A DNA stretch of 64,000 nucleotides from Hydrolagus colliei. Taxonomy: Eukaryota. Below, piece after piece: positions 12,031-23,480 of this stretch. The stretch is from the NCBI GenBank assembly GCA_035084275.1, contig CM068763.1, forward strand, positions 5,704,001 to 5,768,000, read 5' to 3'. Positions within the stretch are counted from its first letter, which is position 1. The number at the start of each line of letters is the position of its first letter. The notes beneath the pieces were generated by a model. That model saw nothing but the letters and a program-made list of their open reading frames with translations. It ran no database searches and was not told the DNA's origin. The translations under genes were made by a program, and so were the position numbers.

Positions 12031-13349
12031 CATCCAGTGTCTGCGGTTACTTGCTGGGAGTAGTGCTGCATTGTCGGAGGTGCTATTCTTTGAATACAGT
12101 GGCAGTATTAAAAAAAAACAGAAAGGAATCTCTCTCCCAGTCTCCTCGCCCACCATCCCCCAGACAAATTGATGTGGGCAAATTGGTTGCTTCATTTGCC
12201 TACAAATGAAGCAATACTTTACATTAAATCCTGTGAAGAGTTATGAGATGTCTCAACAACATGATAATGCACTATATTATTTTGATATGTGCAAACTAAT
12301 TGCTGGTTTTGCCTGTAAAAATATTTTGACACCAGATACTGTTGAAATTCCATCTGCCTGTATTAGCCAGTAAGCCTATTTTGTTGTTTTTGTCTATTTA
12401 AGAGAAGGCAGATGGAGGAAAATTGTCATTTCAGGCATGATTTGAAAAATGATTCTATATAAAAACTGTAGAAACCCGACTTACAAAAATAAAACTGTAT
12501 TTAAGTTTTCCGCAAATGTGCAGTACCTTAAATTTTGAAACAAAATGGCCTGTCAGACAAAGACTAGGTGGAATTTCATCATTCATGTTCTTCCCTTCCA
12601 TCCTCCATCAATTACCAGGGTTAAATTGGTGTGGTTTGTGGTCTTGCTACAGCTGCACGCCATTCTCTGCCATATGGTGCACAAAAGGTAATGAAAAAAA
12701 CTCATCTTGTGTACACTGTAGGTGTGGAGCTCATGAATGGAGTGCGAGAGGAGGATACAGAGTTACAGCTGCTTCTGGAATGAGTCTAGCATTACTCACT
12801 CTGCCAAAAAATCAACACCCTGGAGCTATCTTACTGGTAGTTGGAATAGGATTCCCAGCACTCCAGTGGGTACCAGTGTCAATACTACAATACTAGTGTT
12901 AGTTGGAGCCTTTGGGTACCAGCAATTAATAAACCTGAAACAACACCCGAGGTTTCTCAAGCATGCTTTGTTTGACATTCCTGAAATCCCCCAAATACCA
13001 TTAGCTAATTCACTTAGGCGACGATCTTTCCACGTGTCACTGAACCATCGTACAAACCCAGAGACATCAATTTTTTATTGTTCAGATTGAATTCCTTCAC
13101 GCAAATAATTCTCTACATTGAAATCTGCTCTGTAAATCACCTAGCAGCACAGCACCATCAATACAAATGATTCTATTAATTCACAGACAAGCTCAGTGAT
13201 GTAACACATTGACCACAGGAGGGAAATCACTGTCAGTAGAAGAGTCATACTCAACTTTTTGGATGCTGGGATTTGGCTGAGAAAATTGTCAGTCTACATG
13301 GTACAGACCAGCCTTAACGACCAGCATCAAACTTCAGCCTGGAATGCTT

Positions 13350-13520
13350 AACAGCAAATTATATTTGTATAGCGCCTTCAAATCAGGAGAACATCCTGCT
13401 GGGACAGTCAGGGATTTGGACCCGAGCAGGGGGTTGGGATCAGGACAGGGGGGGAAGGGGTATGGAAGGCAGAGAAGATAGGAGGAGGAGGGTGACCAAA
13501 CAGTAACATGCCTGCTGAGG
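13350..13520 (-). mobile_element. L2 3' end
   Basis: 'aacagcaaattatatttgtatagcgccttc...gacagtcaggg...gacccgagc' with a G-rich tract. Confidence 0.8.
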
Positions 13521-13731
13521 GAGAAGACATGAGTTGCAGAGTTCTGACTGGTCTGCAGTTTGGATAATAATCCATCTGCCTGGATAACAACAAAGTATAT
13601 TTACCTAGTGGCTTGAATTAATGTTTTAGGTCTTTAGAGAGAGCAGAGGGTTAGAGAACACGATAGTCCATAGACACAGTCAAAGATTTACTTAGATGGT
13701 GCAGGTCATTCAGCCCAACTAGTCTGCGCCA

Positions 13732-14038
13732 GTGGAGTTCTGTAGCTCAGTGGTTGGAGCACTTGCCTTGCAAGCGAGAGATCAGGATTCGATTCCCGAC
13801 AGTGCAAAACCTTGGGCAAGTTTCCTCGCTCCACACACCTGATAATAATCCCTAAAAGAAAATTGGTCATTTCAATCCATGACTGTTTGTGGGGCATTGC
13901 TATGCACAATCGGCTGCTGCATTTCACCCACAAATATATGGTCAATTCACTTTACAATATATTCTGTGAAGGGCTTTGAGATGTCTAGAAGATGTGATAA
14001 GGCTCTATATCAAATGCAAGGATTAATATTATTATTAT
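13732..14038 (+). mobile_element. Full-length tRNA-headed Deu-type SINE (~307 bp), inserted in a CR1 3' end
   Basis: Pol III A box (tagctcagtgg), B-box-like 'gattcgattcc', anticodon arm cttgc-cttgcaa-gcgag, core, L2-type hairpin and (ATT)n tail. Confidence 0.95.
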
Positions 14039-14580
14039 GCCCCACAAGATTCTCCATACAGTTACTCCCTCCAACTTACCCTTCTATTCCCATTTCTCTC
14101 ATGTGCATATCTAGCTTCAGTTGAAATCCATCTATACTATTCACCACTTGAAGCAGTGAGTTTCCTATTCTTACTACTCTTTGCATGAAGAAGCTCCTCC
14201 TAAATTCTCTTTAAGACCTCTGAGTTTCTATCTTGTACTTGTTGTGGATTCAAAAATTGAGAACAGCCTATTTATGCTAACCTTATTGAACCCTTTTATA
14301 AATATAAACACCTCTATCAGATCCCCGATTGAGCATCTCTTCTCTAATGAAAGAAAGGTGTAACCTATCCAGTATATCCTGATAGAAATAACCTGTTAGC
14401 CCTCACATCATCCTAGCAAACTTACTCTGTACTGGGTCGATCACTGTTATATGCTTCTTGTAGTGAGGTGACCAAAACCTGGACACAGTACTCCAAGTAT
14501 GGTCTGACCATGATTATGAAGGATGAAGTTGAACTTTGCCTCCTCACGTTGATACTCTAAAAGATTTCTAGGTAGCCTTT
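14039..14580 (-). mobile_element. CR1 LINE 3' portion; its tail lies at ~13650-13731
   Basis: Reverse-complement CR1 motifs 'ggacacagtactccaagtatggtctgacca' and 'ataaacacctctatcagatcccc'. Confidence 0.85.
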
Positions 14581-14932
14581 AATGATAGGTAGAGAGGGCA
14601 TGAGCCAGAGGAATTGAAAGCCTGGCCACATATGGGGTAGGATTGGGGTAGGACACAAATGGCTGAGTTTGACAAATAATAGATGGTAAGAAGAACTATT
14701 AGGTCTGAGAAGATCACAGAGTCAGAGAGAGGTGTGAAGACATAACAAAAGGTCCACAAAATATACAGTTAATTCACTTTATGGTATATTATGTGGAGCA
14801 CTTGGAGACATCTCGAAGAAGTGATAAAATGTTGCATCAAATGCAAAGGTTATTATTATTCTAATTATAACCACACTACTGAACTGAAAGCTATATGTTT
14901 GCTCGCTAACTGGATAACCTGAGCAGGCAGTT

Positions 14933-15348
14933 TATAATAATGATAATCCTTGCATTTGAAATAGCGCCTTATCACATCTTCTGGACGTCTCAAAGCACTT
15001 CACAGAGTGAATTGACCATATATTTGTGGGCAAATACGGCAGCCAAACAGTCGTGGTTTGAATCGACCAATTTTTTTTTAAAGGGGTTATTATTGGGCGT
15101 GTGGAGTAAGGAAATTTACCTAAGGTTTCGCCCTGCCTGGAATTGAACCCAGGTTTCTCAGTTGCAAAGCGAGTTCCCAGCTGAAGACCTTTCTCTTCGA
15201 CTGTGCCTTTGGTCACCTTTCTGCCCCTGCCTCTGGCTCAGTCCGCTATTGTGAAGCGCTCTGAGACGCCATCCGGTGTGGAGGGCGCTATATAAATCAT
15301 TGTTGTTGTTGTTGTTGCTCTAGCCACTGAGCTACAGGACTCCACTTC
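14933..15348 (-). mobile_element. Full-length SINE interrupted in its tRNA head by an L2 3' fragment
   Basis: Tail, core and 'ggaattgaacccagg' run to 'gcgagt' (~15174). The head resumes 'gctctagccactgagctacaggactccac' at ~15317. Confidence 0.9.
15176..15316 (+). mobile_element. L2 3' end (type-B tail)
   Basis: 'ctcttcgactgtgcctttgg...ctattgtgaagcgctctgagacgccatccggtgtggagggcgctatataaat' plus (GTT)n. Confidence 0.9.
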
Positions 15349-17714
15349 ATCACCAGAGACCAGGTCTCAACTCTGTATTTGCTCCCATAACAGATAAAGC
15401 CTCTCATTTTAAATTTAGTTTGAATGCGTCCTCATCGCGAGGCTTCCATCCATCTGTGTCTCACCCTGAAAGAGTTTGGGATCATGTGTGCAGATTAAAG
15501 AGCTGTCTTAGAAAGGCATGTGAGTGTGGTGAATGCTGAGTGGTATTGATCAGATAAGGGTCATTGGTTATTTCTAACATTGATAAAATAGCAGGTTTAG
15601 CATTGCAGTAAAATAATCATCAAACTGAGGCAACAGCTGTTGTTGTATCATAAAAGTAGCACCAATGTGAGGGTGCCGGCTTACGCGGGCTGGGTCAATC
15701 TTCTGGATCAAGTTTGGAGATGCACCTTGAAGGAGGCAAGGGAGAGAGCGAGGCAAAACAACAAAATTACACTTCTATAGCGCCTTTCAATAACAACAAC
15801 TTCAATTTATATAAGCGCCCTCCACACCGTACTGAATCTCAGAGCGCTTTCACTTTAGAAGGGCCATCAGGAACAGTTTATTGGCTCAATTTATTGTACA
15901 CTATCATTAATCTTTGCATTTAATATTGTGCCTTATCATGATGTCACAAAGCCCTTCACATGATTCACTGTAAAGTTTTGTGGGTGAAGCGCAGCAGCCA
16001 ATTGCACACAGCAGTGTCCCACAGACAGAAATGGCGTGAGTATCCAAATTGGGGGATTGTAGACCAGTACACCATGAAATCATGGAGTGATTGGAATACT
16101 CGTGAATTGGCAACATTTCCCTCTGACTGTCACTGAGATAGTCGATAATAGGAGCTAAATGGTTCTCCAGAGAGAGGTAGAAAACATTAAGGCGATGGAG
16201 CATGGCTGACCATTCACACAAACCACCCCACAGCAGCAGCAATGCAATGCCGCATGGAGCAGATTGTCTTCCCATCTTGTTGGCTGCAAAACTGCTGATA
16301 GAGTGAGGAAAGTGACCTTCTTGCCCTTACCCTCACCAGCCTCCACCCCTCCTGATCCCAACCCCCTGCTTGGGTTCAAATCACTGATTGTCTAGTGCCT
16401 TGGGACCTGAAAAGTGCTGTGTAAATGTAATTTGTTGTTGTTGTTTTTCTTGTTGAGGATCCAAAGAAGAAGATTCTGAAATCGGAGACAAGATAATCCC
16501 ATTAAAACCATGGCGAAAAGCAGTAATTTATAACTTTAAGCAGAACAGAGCAGACACAGATAAATAACCCAGGCTGTGAGAATGACAGGTTGCTTGGTAA
16601 TCTGTCACCATTAATGGCAAATCTAGTCGCCATAGGAACACATGACAATTTTTTTTGTGCATGTGTTATTAATTTTAAGATCTGTCTACCTTATGATTTA
16701 GGTAGATGTAAAGTGGCCACCATGTCACTGTTATTTCAAGGAAACTTGGGACTCTTTCTCCTCTATTTTCCTAGCTGATTTTCCCATCTTCATCCCAATT
16801 TACCACCAAATCTAATTAAATCGGATTTGCGCTTCATTGTTGTTCATGAAACCTAACTGGCACAGATTAGCAGCAGTGTTTGCTTAGATTACAAGTGTCA
16901 CTTCATTTCCAATCAATCTTCTTTTGTAAAGCTTTTCTAGACCTTGTGATGTGATGGCTGCAAGTTATTGTATTATTAATAACATTTATGTTAAAAATAG
17001 AACTTTGCTGATGTTACAGAGACTTCAGTGTAAGACTGAACAAAGTCACAAAACAAGCAGCTGTGGACTGCCTTGTGAGCAAGGTCTACTCATCTTCTCC
17101 TAAATCAAAATCTATGTCAAGAACCTTTTATCATAAATAAAAACTTCGGGCAAGAAGGATGTTTTGCAGAGAAAACGTTGATCAACAAAATGCATCCATT
17201 TCAGAGGCAGCTCTGAGCTGCCAGCTGTTCTCAGCAGAACTCATTTTGAAGCTTATTATATGGTCAGATAATGTGTAGAGTGTCTCTGACCTTTAGTGAG
17301 CTCATTCGTTTCCAGTATTCCTTCTCCAAGCCCTAGACACATAATTTCTGAGGTAAATTGAAGTCAGATTGTGAGTTTGAGTGTCAACACAGTCAAAGTT
17401 TCTGTGATGAGAAAAGGATATTCTCCGATACTGGGTCACAGAACGGTCCTCCTGCTTCTCCCAGTTTCGCAATCATCTAGACAGGGTTCACCTGCAATAA
17501 TGTTGACATTAATCTATTCCTTGACCAAATCATTGGAGAGCGAGTGCCTTTTTTCAAAGGAGATTTATCTGAGATATACAGATCGCAAAGCTTTTTCTTC
17601 CATTGCTAGGTTACCACAACACATTTGTGTTTTCCTCTTTCAATGTCAAATAATTTCCCCTCTTGGTTCCTATTAACTCTCTGTAAAGCCAAAGCTTGTT
17701 CAAATCCTGAACAC

Positions 17715-18110
17715 TGCCAATTTGACTCAGTAGGAAGCACTCTGCCCCTGTGTCAGAAGGTGGTGAGTTCAAATTGCATTTATCAGAATACAAATTCATA
17801 GTCTAGACTGGTGTTCCTGGGAGAGATGCAATGCCATTATTTTGGATAAGAGTTAACCCAATGGCCTATCTACTTATTTAGGATGTTATCAATAATCCCG
17901 TTACATTATTTGAGATGAGAGAGCAGATCTAGACAATGTTTTGGCCAACAAACCTCCAGATTAATTGACCATTTACCCAAACAATAAGTGCTGTTTATGG
18001 CACTTTGCTGGTACAATGGCTGCCATGTTTACTACACAGAGTCACTGCAATTTCCATCAATTAATTGCAAAGCACTTAGAGATATTTTGACATAAAACAT
18101 TATAACTGCA
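17715..18110 (+). mobile_element. Old full-length DeuSINE (SacSINE1-like)
   Basis: Head 'gactcagtaggaagcactctgcccctgtgtcagaaggtggtgagttcaaat', Deu 5' half 'ggataagagttaacc...ttggccaaca', core and tail. Confidence 0.75.
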
Positions 18111-18151
18111 ACGTTGCTGGTGAGTGCAATCTCGCAAGATACAATACAACC

Positions 18152-18690
18152 TGGAGTCCTGGAGTTCAATGGTTAGAGCACTCACCTTGCAAATGGGAGA
18201 CCTGGGTTCAATTCCAGGGAGGGCGAACTTTGGGTAGGTTTCCTCACTCCACATGCTTGATCATAATTGCTCAAGAAGAAAAAAAATAAATTGGTCGCTT
18301 CAATCCATAACTGTTTGTTTCTAGAGTTGAACGTCAACAAGACTGAGGCCCTCCAGATTGTCTCACGCTAGTGCCTTCAACCTCAGGCACTGGCAGCATC
18401 AACCCATTGAGGCCCCCTCCTATCCTTTCCCTCCACCCTCCCTGATCCCGAACCCCAGCTCACTTCTGAAACACTGACTGTCGAGCGCCTTGGGATGTCC
18501 CCCCGACATGACAGGCATGATACAAATGTAATTTTGTTGTTGTTTTGGGGACAGTGCTGTGTGCCATTGGCTGCCACATTGCACCCACAAATATACAGTC
18601 AATTCACTTTACAGTATACTCTGCGAAGCACTTTGAGATATCCAGCAAATATAAAAAGCGCTATATCAAATGCAAGGATTATTATTCTTT
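18152..18690 (+). mobile_element. Full-length SINE with a nested, internally deleted L2 piece (18320-18545)
   Basis: Head 'tggagtcctggagttcaatggttagagcactcaccttgcaa...gggttcaattcc'. The core is split at 'actgtttgt|gggac' by the L2 piece. Confidence 0.9.
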
Positions 18691-18759
18691 TAGATGTACT
18701 TCATCCACTTTGCCTGTTCAGGTGAACATTAAAGACCCTATGGAAACAACAACTTACAT

Positions 18760-19200
18760 TTATGTAATACCTATCAAGCAGGGTAGCAGACACTTGACTG
18801 CAGTGGAGTCTGACAATTAATTAGGTTGAGAGAGAGTGAGGAGGTGACCGTAAGCATGATCAAAAAGGAAGGTCTCTAGATGGGAATTGGAGATGGTGAG
18901 TGAGGAGGCAAGGCAGACGTATTGAGTGACAGCTCTATCGTTTTTGGGCGTAGTAGCTGAAGGCATCACCACCTATGCTGGAGAGGAAGGAGGGAACGAG
19001 AGACAAACAGGAGGCCGGAGCCAGCCAAGTGAAGTCACCTTGTGGTGGATTGGTGGGTAAGCTGGTCAGAGAGGTAGCAGGTAAGTGCGAGGGCATAAAC
19101 CGATTTGAAAATGAGTGAGACAATCTTGAAATCAATCCATTTGGTAACTGGGAGCCAATGTTGTCTGGCATGGACTGGTGTGGTGGGGGTATGGTATTTT
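18760..19200 (-). pseudogene. L2 ORF2 C-terminal remnant and 3' end
   Basis: ORF 19035-19250 has TPVHARQHWLPVTKWIDFKIVSLIFK, matching the L2 motif HITPxLxxLHWLPVxxRIxFK. Confidence 0.85.
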
Positions 19201-19309
19201 GAGTGGTACTCGAAAAGAGAGGAATGAGTTTCTTGTTGGATGCTGATCACAATCTCCTAGATAAAATTGGTTGTTCACTTTATGACTGTTTGTCAGACAT
19301 TGCTGCTAT

Positions 19310-19535
19310 CAGCAGTGCTTTCAGCCGCTACACTCCGAAACTCTCTCCGTCAATCCCTTCGTCTCACACCCTTCTTTTCCATCTTCAGGTTGCGCCTAAA
19401 GAACTTTCTGTTTGACCATACAGTCACCTCCCTCCCTCCCCTTAGCTCAGCCCCAGGCTCCACTATTGTGAAGCACTCTGAGACACTATCTAGGGTGGAG
19501 GGCGCTATATAAATGCACAATATTGTTGTTGTTGC
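19310..19535 (+). mobile_element. L2 3' end (type-B tail) nested in a DeuSINE core
   Basis: 'ctattgtgaagcactctgagacactatctagggtggagggcgctatataaatgc' plus (GTT)n. The host core 'cattgctg...ctgtgcacaaaacggctgccgc' is split around it. Confidence 0.85.
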
Positions 19536-21959
19536 TGTGCACAAAACGGCTGCCGCATTTGCCAACAAATCAGTCACTACATATTACGTTAAAGCCTGTG
19601 AAGCTCTTTGAGACATTCTGCTGACATGAAACGGGCTGTATCGAGTGCAAGGATTATGTTTTTTTTCACATTATTTTACATGCTGCTGAATTCTTACAAA
19701 CACACAATCAGTTAGTCAAGGAATGTTACGCTTGAATCAGGATTTCTATAAACTGAAAGTAAAAATAGCCAATTTTAAATCTGAGTCCCACAGCCCATTA
19801 ATCATTCATCCAGCAATTTTGTGGACGTAATGTCTCCCAGAAAACACTGAGCAAAACACATTTCTTCATCATAATGATTACGCTTCTAAAGCGAACAGCT
19901 TTTTCTATATTGTGCGTCTTGGAAGCTTATTGTATTGAGTGGGTTTCAAAGTTCTTTTGAGGCATACATGCTTGGATGAGTAAATATTTTGCAGTGGGAG
20001 AAAAATAGGAAAGGTTTTGATCCAGTGCAATATTCTGTTCAATAGGAGGAAATTGGAAGATGTTGGTGCACCAGAAAGTTAATAGTCCTACATTTGATAC
20101 AGCTCTTCATTGCGTTATTGAAACACCTCAAACTGCTTCACGTAGGCGTTTGAGGTGTTTCAATAACGGCAGACAATTCATGCAATGTCCCACAAACAGC
20201 CATAAAGAAAAAGTACATTTTCTGTTTTTTGGGGGCATTGTTGGCCATTACACCAGTGGAACTCCCTTCTCTTGTTAAATAGTGCCACGGGATCCTTAAC
20301 ATCTTTCTGAGCAGGTGAACAGAACTTCAATTTAATATCAGAAGGTGGCACATCCAACCATAAAATCACATAATCAAAACAACACTCCCCAGCACACCAT
20401 TAGAGCTGTAGTAGAAGCTTTATTGGCCTCCAGCCTTCCAAAGGTTAGAGAGGACAAAAAACAGCCAGGATATTTTCTCCTGGTGGACTGTCTAGTTACT
20501 GTGCACCTATATTGCACAGGGAGAAATCACGCTCTCTACAGTCGAGTAACCTGCTGACACTACTGAACAACATCATGTATTTCTATAAAATAAAATATGA
20601 GTCTGGGGAAAAGGTGAGGAGACAGCATATGGACAGAATAGGTGTAGAGGGATCAGCACACTTCCAGGTGAAAGATGGAGGGAGATTTCACTGAACGATA
20701 AAATAGAATGATGGACTCATATTTGTTGCAAACTGCTCAGTTGCTAAGTCACACCAGACAGGTCCAGTTAACACAGTCCCTTGCAAGAAAGCAAAGTGCA
20801 TTGTTCAACCCGCTCTGAACATTGTAGGACAAAATGTCCTTCCTATTGTTCAACAGGCTCTTTCTCAAAGAGAGAACTTCCCTCTGCGCACAGCTCATTG
20901 TCCAATCAGCATGGCACACAAATGTCCCTTTTGCAGACATCCTGAATTATTCACATTAATCACGATAATGGAACAACTGTTCTATGTAACGTCCCTGTTC
21001 CCAGCTGCTGATCCATCTACGAATGCTTTTTTTGATGCTTGAATAAAATGTATTACGCTCCTAATTTCCTGTTCTTTCTGTTACTTTACTTTTTCTTCTG
21101 TTAGCTACAGAACACTGAAAAACAATTTGCATTTATATCGTGCCCCTTATGCAGAATAAGGTCCCAAACTGCTTGACACAGGTGGAACGGGACGCCAACC
21201 TGGGGAAAGGGAGTGACCATAGGCACTGTCAAATAAGATTGTCTTCAGGCACGACTTGAAGCTGGGGAAGGAAGGGACAAGGCAGAGGGATACAGCAAGA
21301 GTGTTCCAGTGAACTGTTCTATTCAGGAGTCCAAAAACCTAATGCAGTCACTGAAGTCCTGAGAAAGGAGAGTCAATCTCAAAACATGAGGCTCCACACA
21401 AAGGTGCTTAAACGTTGGATAGCCATTTGGATGAGACCATCAGTCATGGTACTCTCCTTCAGAGTTTATTTAATCTTGTTTTTCTGCCCTCTTCACACCT
21501 GTACTGGGGGCAGAGATTCTTCCCACTCAGCTCCCGTTAGCCGTGAAAGCCTGAAGCCCTGACAGATACCCCTAACTAGACAAGCAGTGTGAGGCTTACC
21601 AGACAACAATAACTTGCCTTTATATAACACCATACATTTGCAGCACTTAACAGTGGCACAACATGATGAAAGCACTTTCAATGGAAGCTGTGTGGTTGTA
21701 GCTGGTTAAACTCCAACTTGTGTTTAATACTCTCTGGAAATACGTTCCTCCAGGAAGACAGAGCACATTGCATTTCAAACACATTTCGAACAGAAATTTC
21801 CATGTGTAGGCGGCATACATGGAACTCTCACTTTGCTTTGGATACTCTTAAGCATTGTGTGTTTCCACGTGCGAGAGGTATCCAACCATCCCCCCACCAA
21901 CACCTCACCTCCCAGCAATGTGGAGAGATTTAAAAGCCGAAAACAGAGGTGTTACAAAT

Positions 21960-22335
21960 AGCTTTTGATCTTACCTCTGGGTCAGAAGATTATTGGTTTA
22001 AGGCCCTACATCGGACTTCGTCTCACAGCCCAGGCTGACACACTGGTACAGTACTGGGGGAGTGCTGGGCTGCATTATCAGAGACTTCATCGTTGGACAA
22101 TGCATCGAAATGACGTGCTTCAAGTGGATGTTAAGCATCCCATATGTTATTCAAAAGGAGAAGCAGTTTCTCCCAATGTCCTGGACAACCATCTCATAGA
22201 TACAAAATGGTCATCCGTATCATAGTTTGTTGACTGCCTACAAAGTGCAAAGTCACTTCACAGTAAATCCTTGAAATGCCCAGGGACGTCCTCCTGATGT
22301 GAAAGGCACTCTACGTATGTAATTTTGAGTTGTTG
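21960..22335 (+). mobile_element. Old DeuSINE
   Basis: 'cctctgggtcagaagatt...ggctgacacactggtacagtactgggggagtgctg...aagtggatgttaagcatcccat...gtcctggacaac'. Confidence 0.8.
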
Positions 22336-22371
22336 AAACATTCTTCTAAAGTGAAAGTCACTATATCATAT

Positions 22372-22760
22372 TCAACAACAATGGACACTTATATAGTGCC
22401 CTCCACATCTGGTAGCATCTCAGAGCACTGAACAGTGGCGGAGCCTGACTCCAAGCCTTGGGGTTGGGGGTGTTTGGGGGCATGGGGAGGCGGGCCGAGG
22501 GGAGGTGGGCTGAGGGGAGGTCGCCATAAGCATAGCGCAAGAGGAAGGTGCAAGAGGAAGGAATTTGAAAAGGGGGAGGGAGGGAGCAAGGCAGAGGGAT
22601 TGAGAGAGAATGTTCCAGAGTTTGGGGGCATAGTGGCTGAAAGGACAATAGTGGGGTGTAGGGTGTGAGGGATGAGAAGGAGGTTGATGCTAAATGAGTG
22701 GATGTGGTGGATTGGAGAGTGAGGATTTGGAGAGGTAGGGACATGCCAGAGAGTGAGTGG
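22372..22760 (-). mobile_element. L2 3' end (type-B tail)
   Basis: 'tatatagtgccctccacatctggtagcatctcagagcact', G-rich UTR, 'gagagaatgttccagagtttgggggcatagtggctgaa'. Confidence 0.85.
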
Positions 22761-23264
22761 ATATTGTTATTATTATTATTGTTATTATTTGGAAGAAATA
22801 CATGAATCCCACCTCCTGGGAACAACTAGAACCCAACCAGAGACAACTCAGCCTAGGTTAAAGGCCAGAGGGTGATGTAAAAGGCAGAGAGAAGGTTTAG
22901 TAAGATGTCTTAACCTTGTATGGCCTTTAAGATGTGCTGAAACGTCCACCCAGAGGCCAAATTCTGGGATCCAACACCAAGGTTCAGTTATTGTGATGGC
23001 AGAATGGAAGTGCACTGCACTCCAGAACAGAGTTTTAATTTAATCCAGTGTGAGAGATGAAAGCCACTTCTCTCTGATTGCTGTCAGTGCAGGAACATGC
23101 GGCATAGGTCAAGTCATGATATGGCTGGCACAGACTACAGTTGTGAGGATGGAGCAGCGAGAATATAGGGGGTTATGAAGGAAAATATAGGGGGTTAAGG
23201 TAATGTCAACTGCAGCTACAATGAAAGACAGACTGCAATCCTCCATTTTAATGACTTTCAGATT

Positions 23265-23480
23265 ACAATAATAATGATAATCCTTACATTTGACATAGCG
23301 TTTTATTACGTGGTTGAGATACCTCAAAGCGCTTCACAAAATATCTTATAAAGTGGATTGACAGTGTACGTTGTGCGTGAACTGTCGCAGCCAATTGCAG
23401 AGAGCAGTGTCCCACAAACTGTCGTGGATTGAATGACCAGATATGTTTTATTATCCCTGAGAAAACGATCTGCCAAAAAA
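23265..23480 (-). mobile_element. SINE, 5'-truncated
   Basis: (AAT)n, tail, and core 'cagccaattgcagagagcagtgtcccacaaactgtcgtggattg'. Confidence 0.9.

Noticed and set aside
13732-13810. SINE heads as genuine tRNA genes
   Set aside because: Each is fused to SINE body and tail, anticodons vary between copies, and stems carry mismatches.
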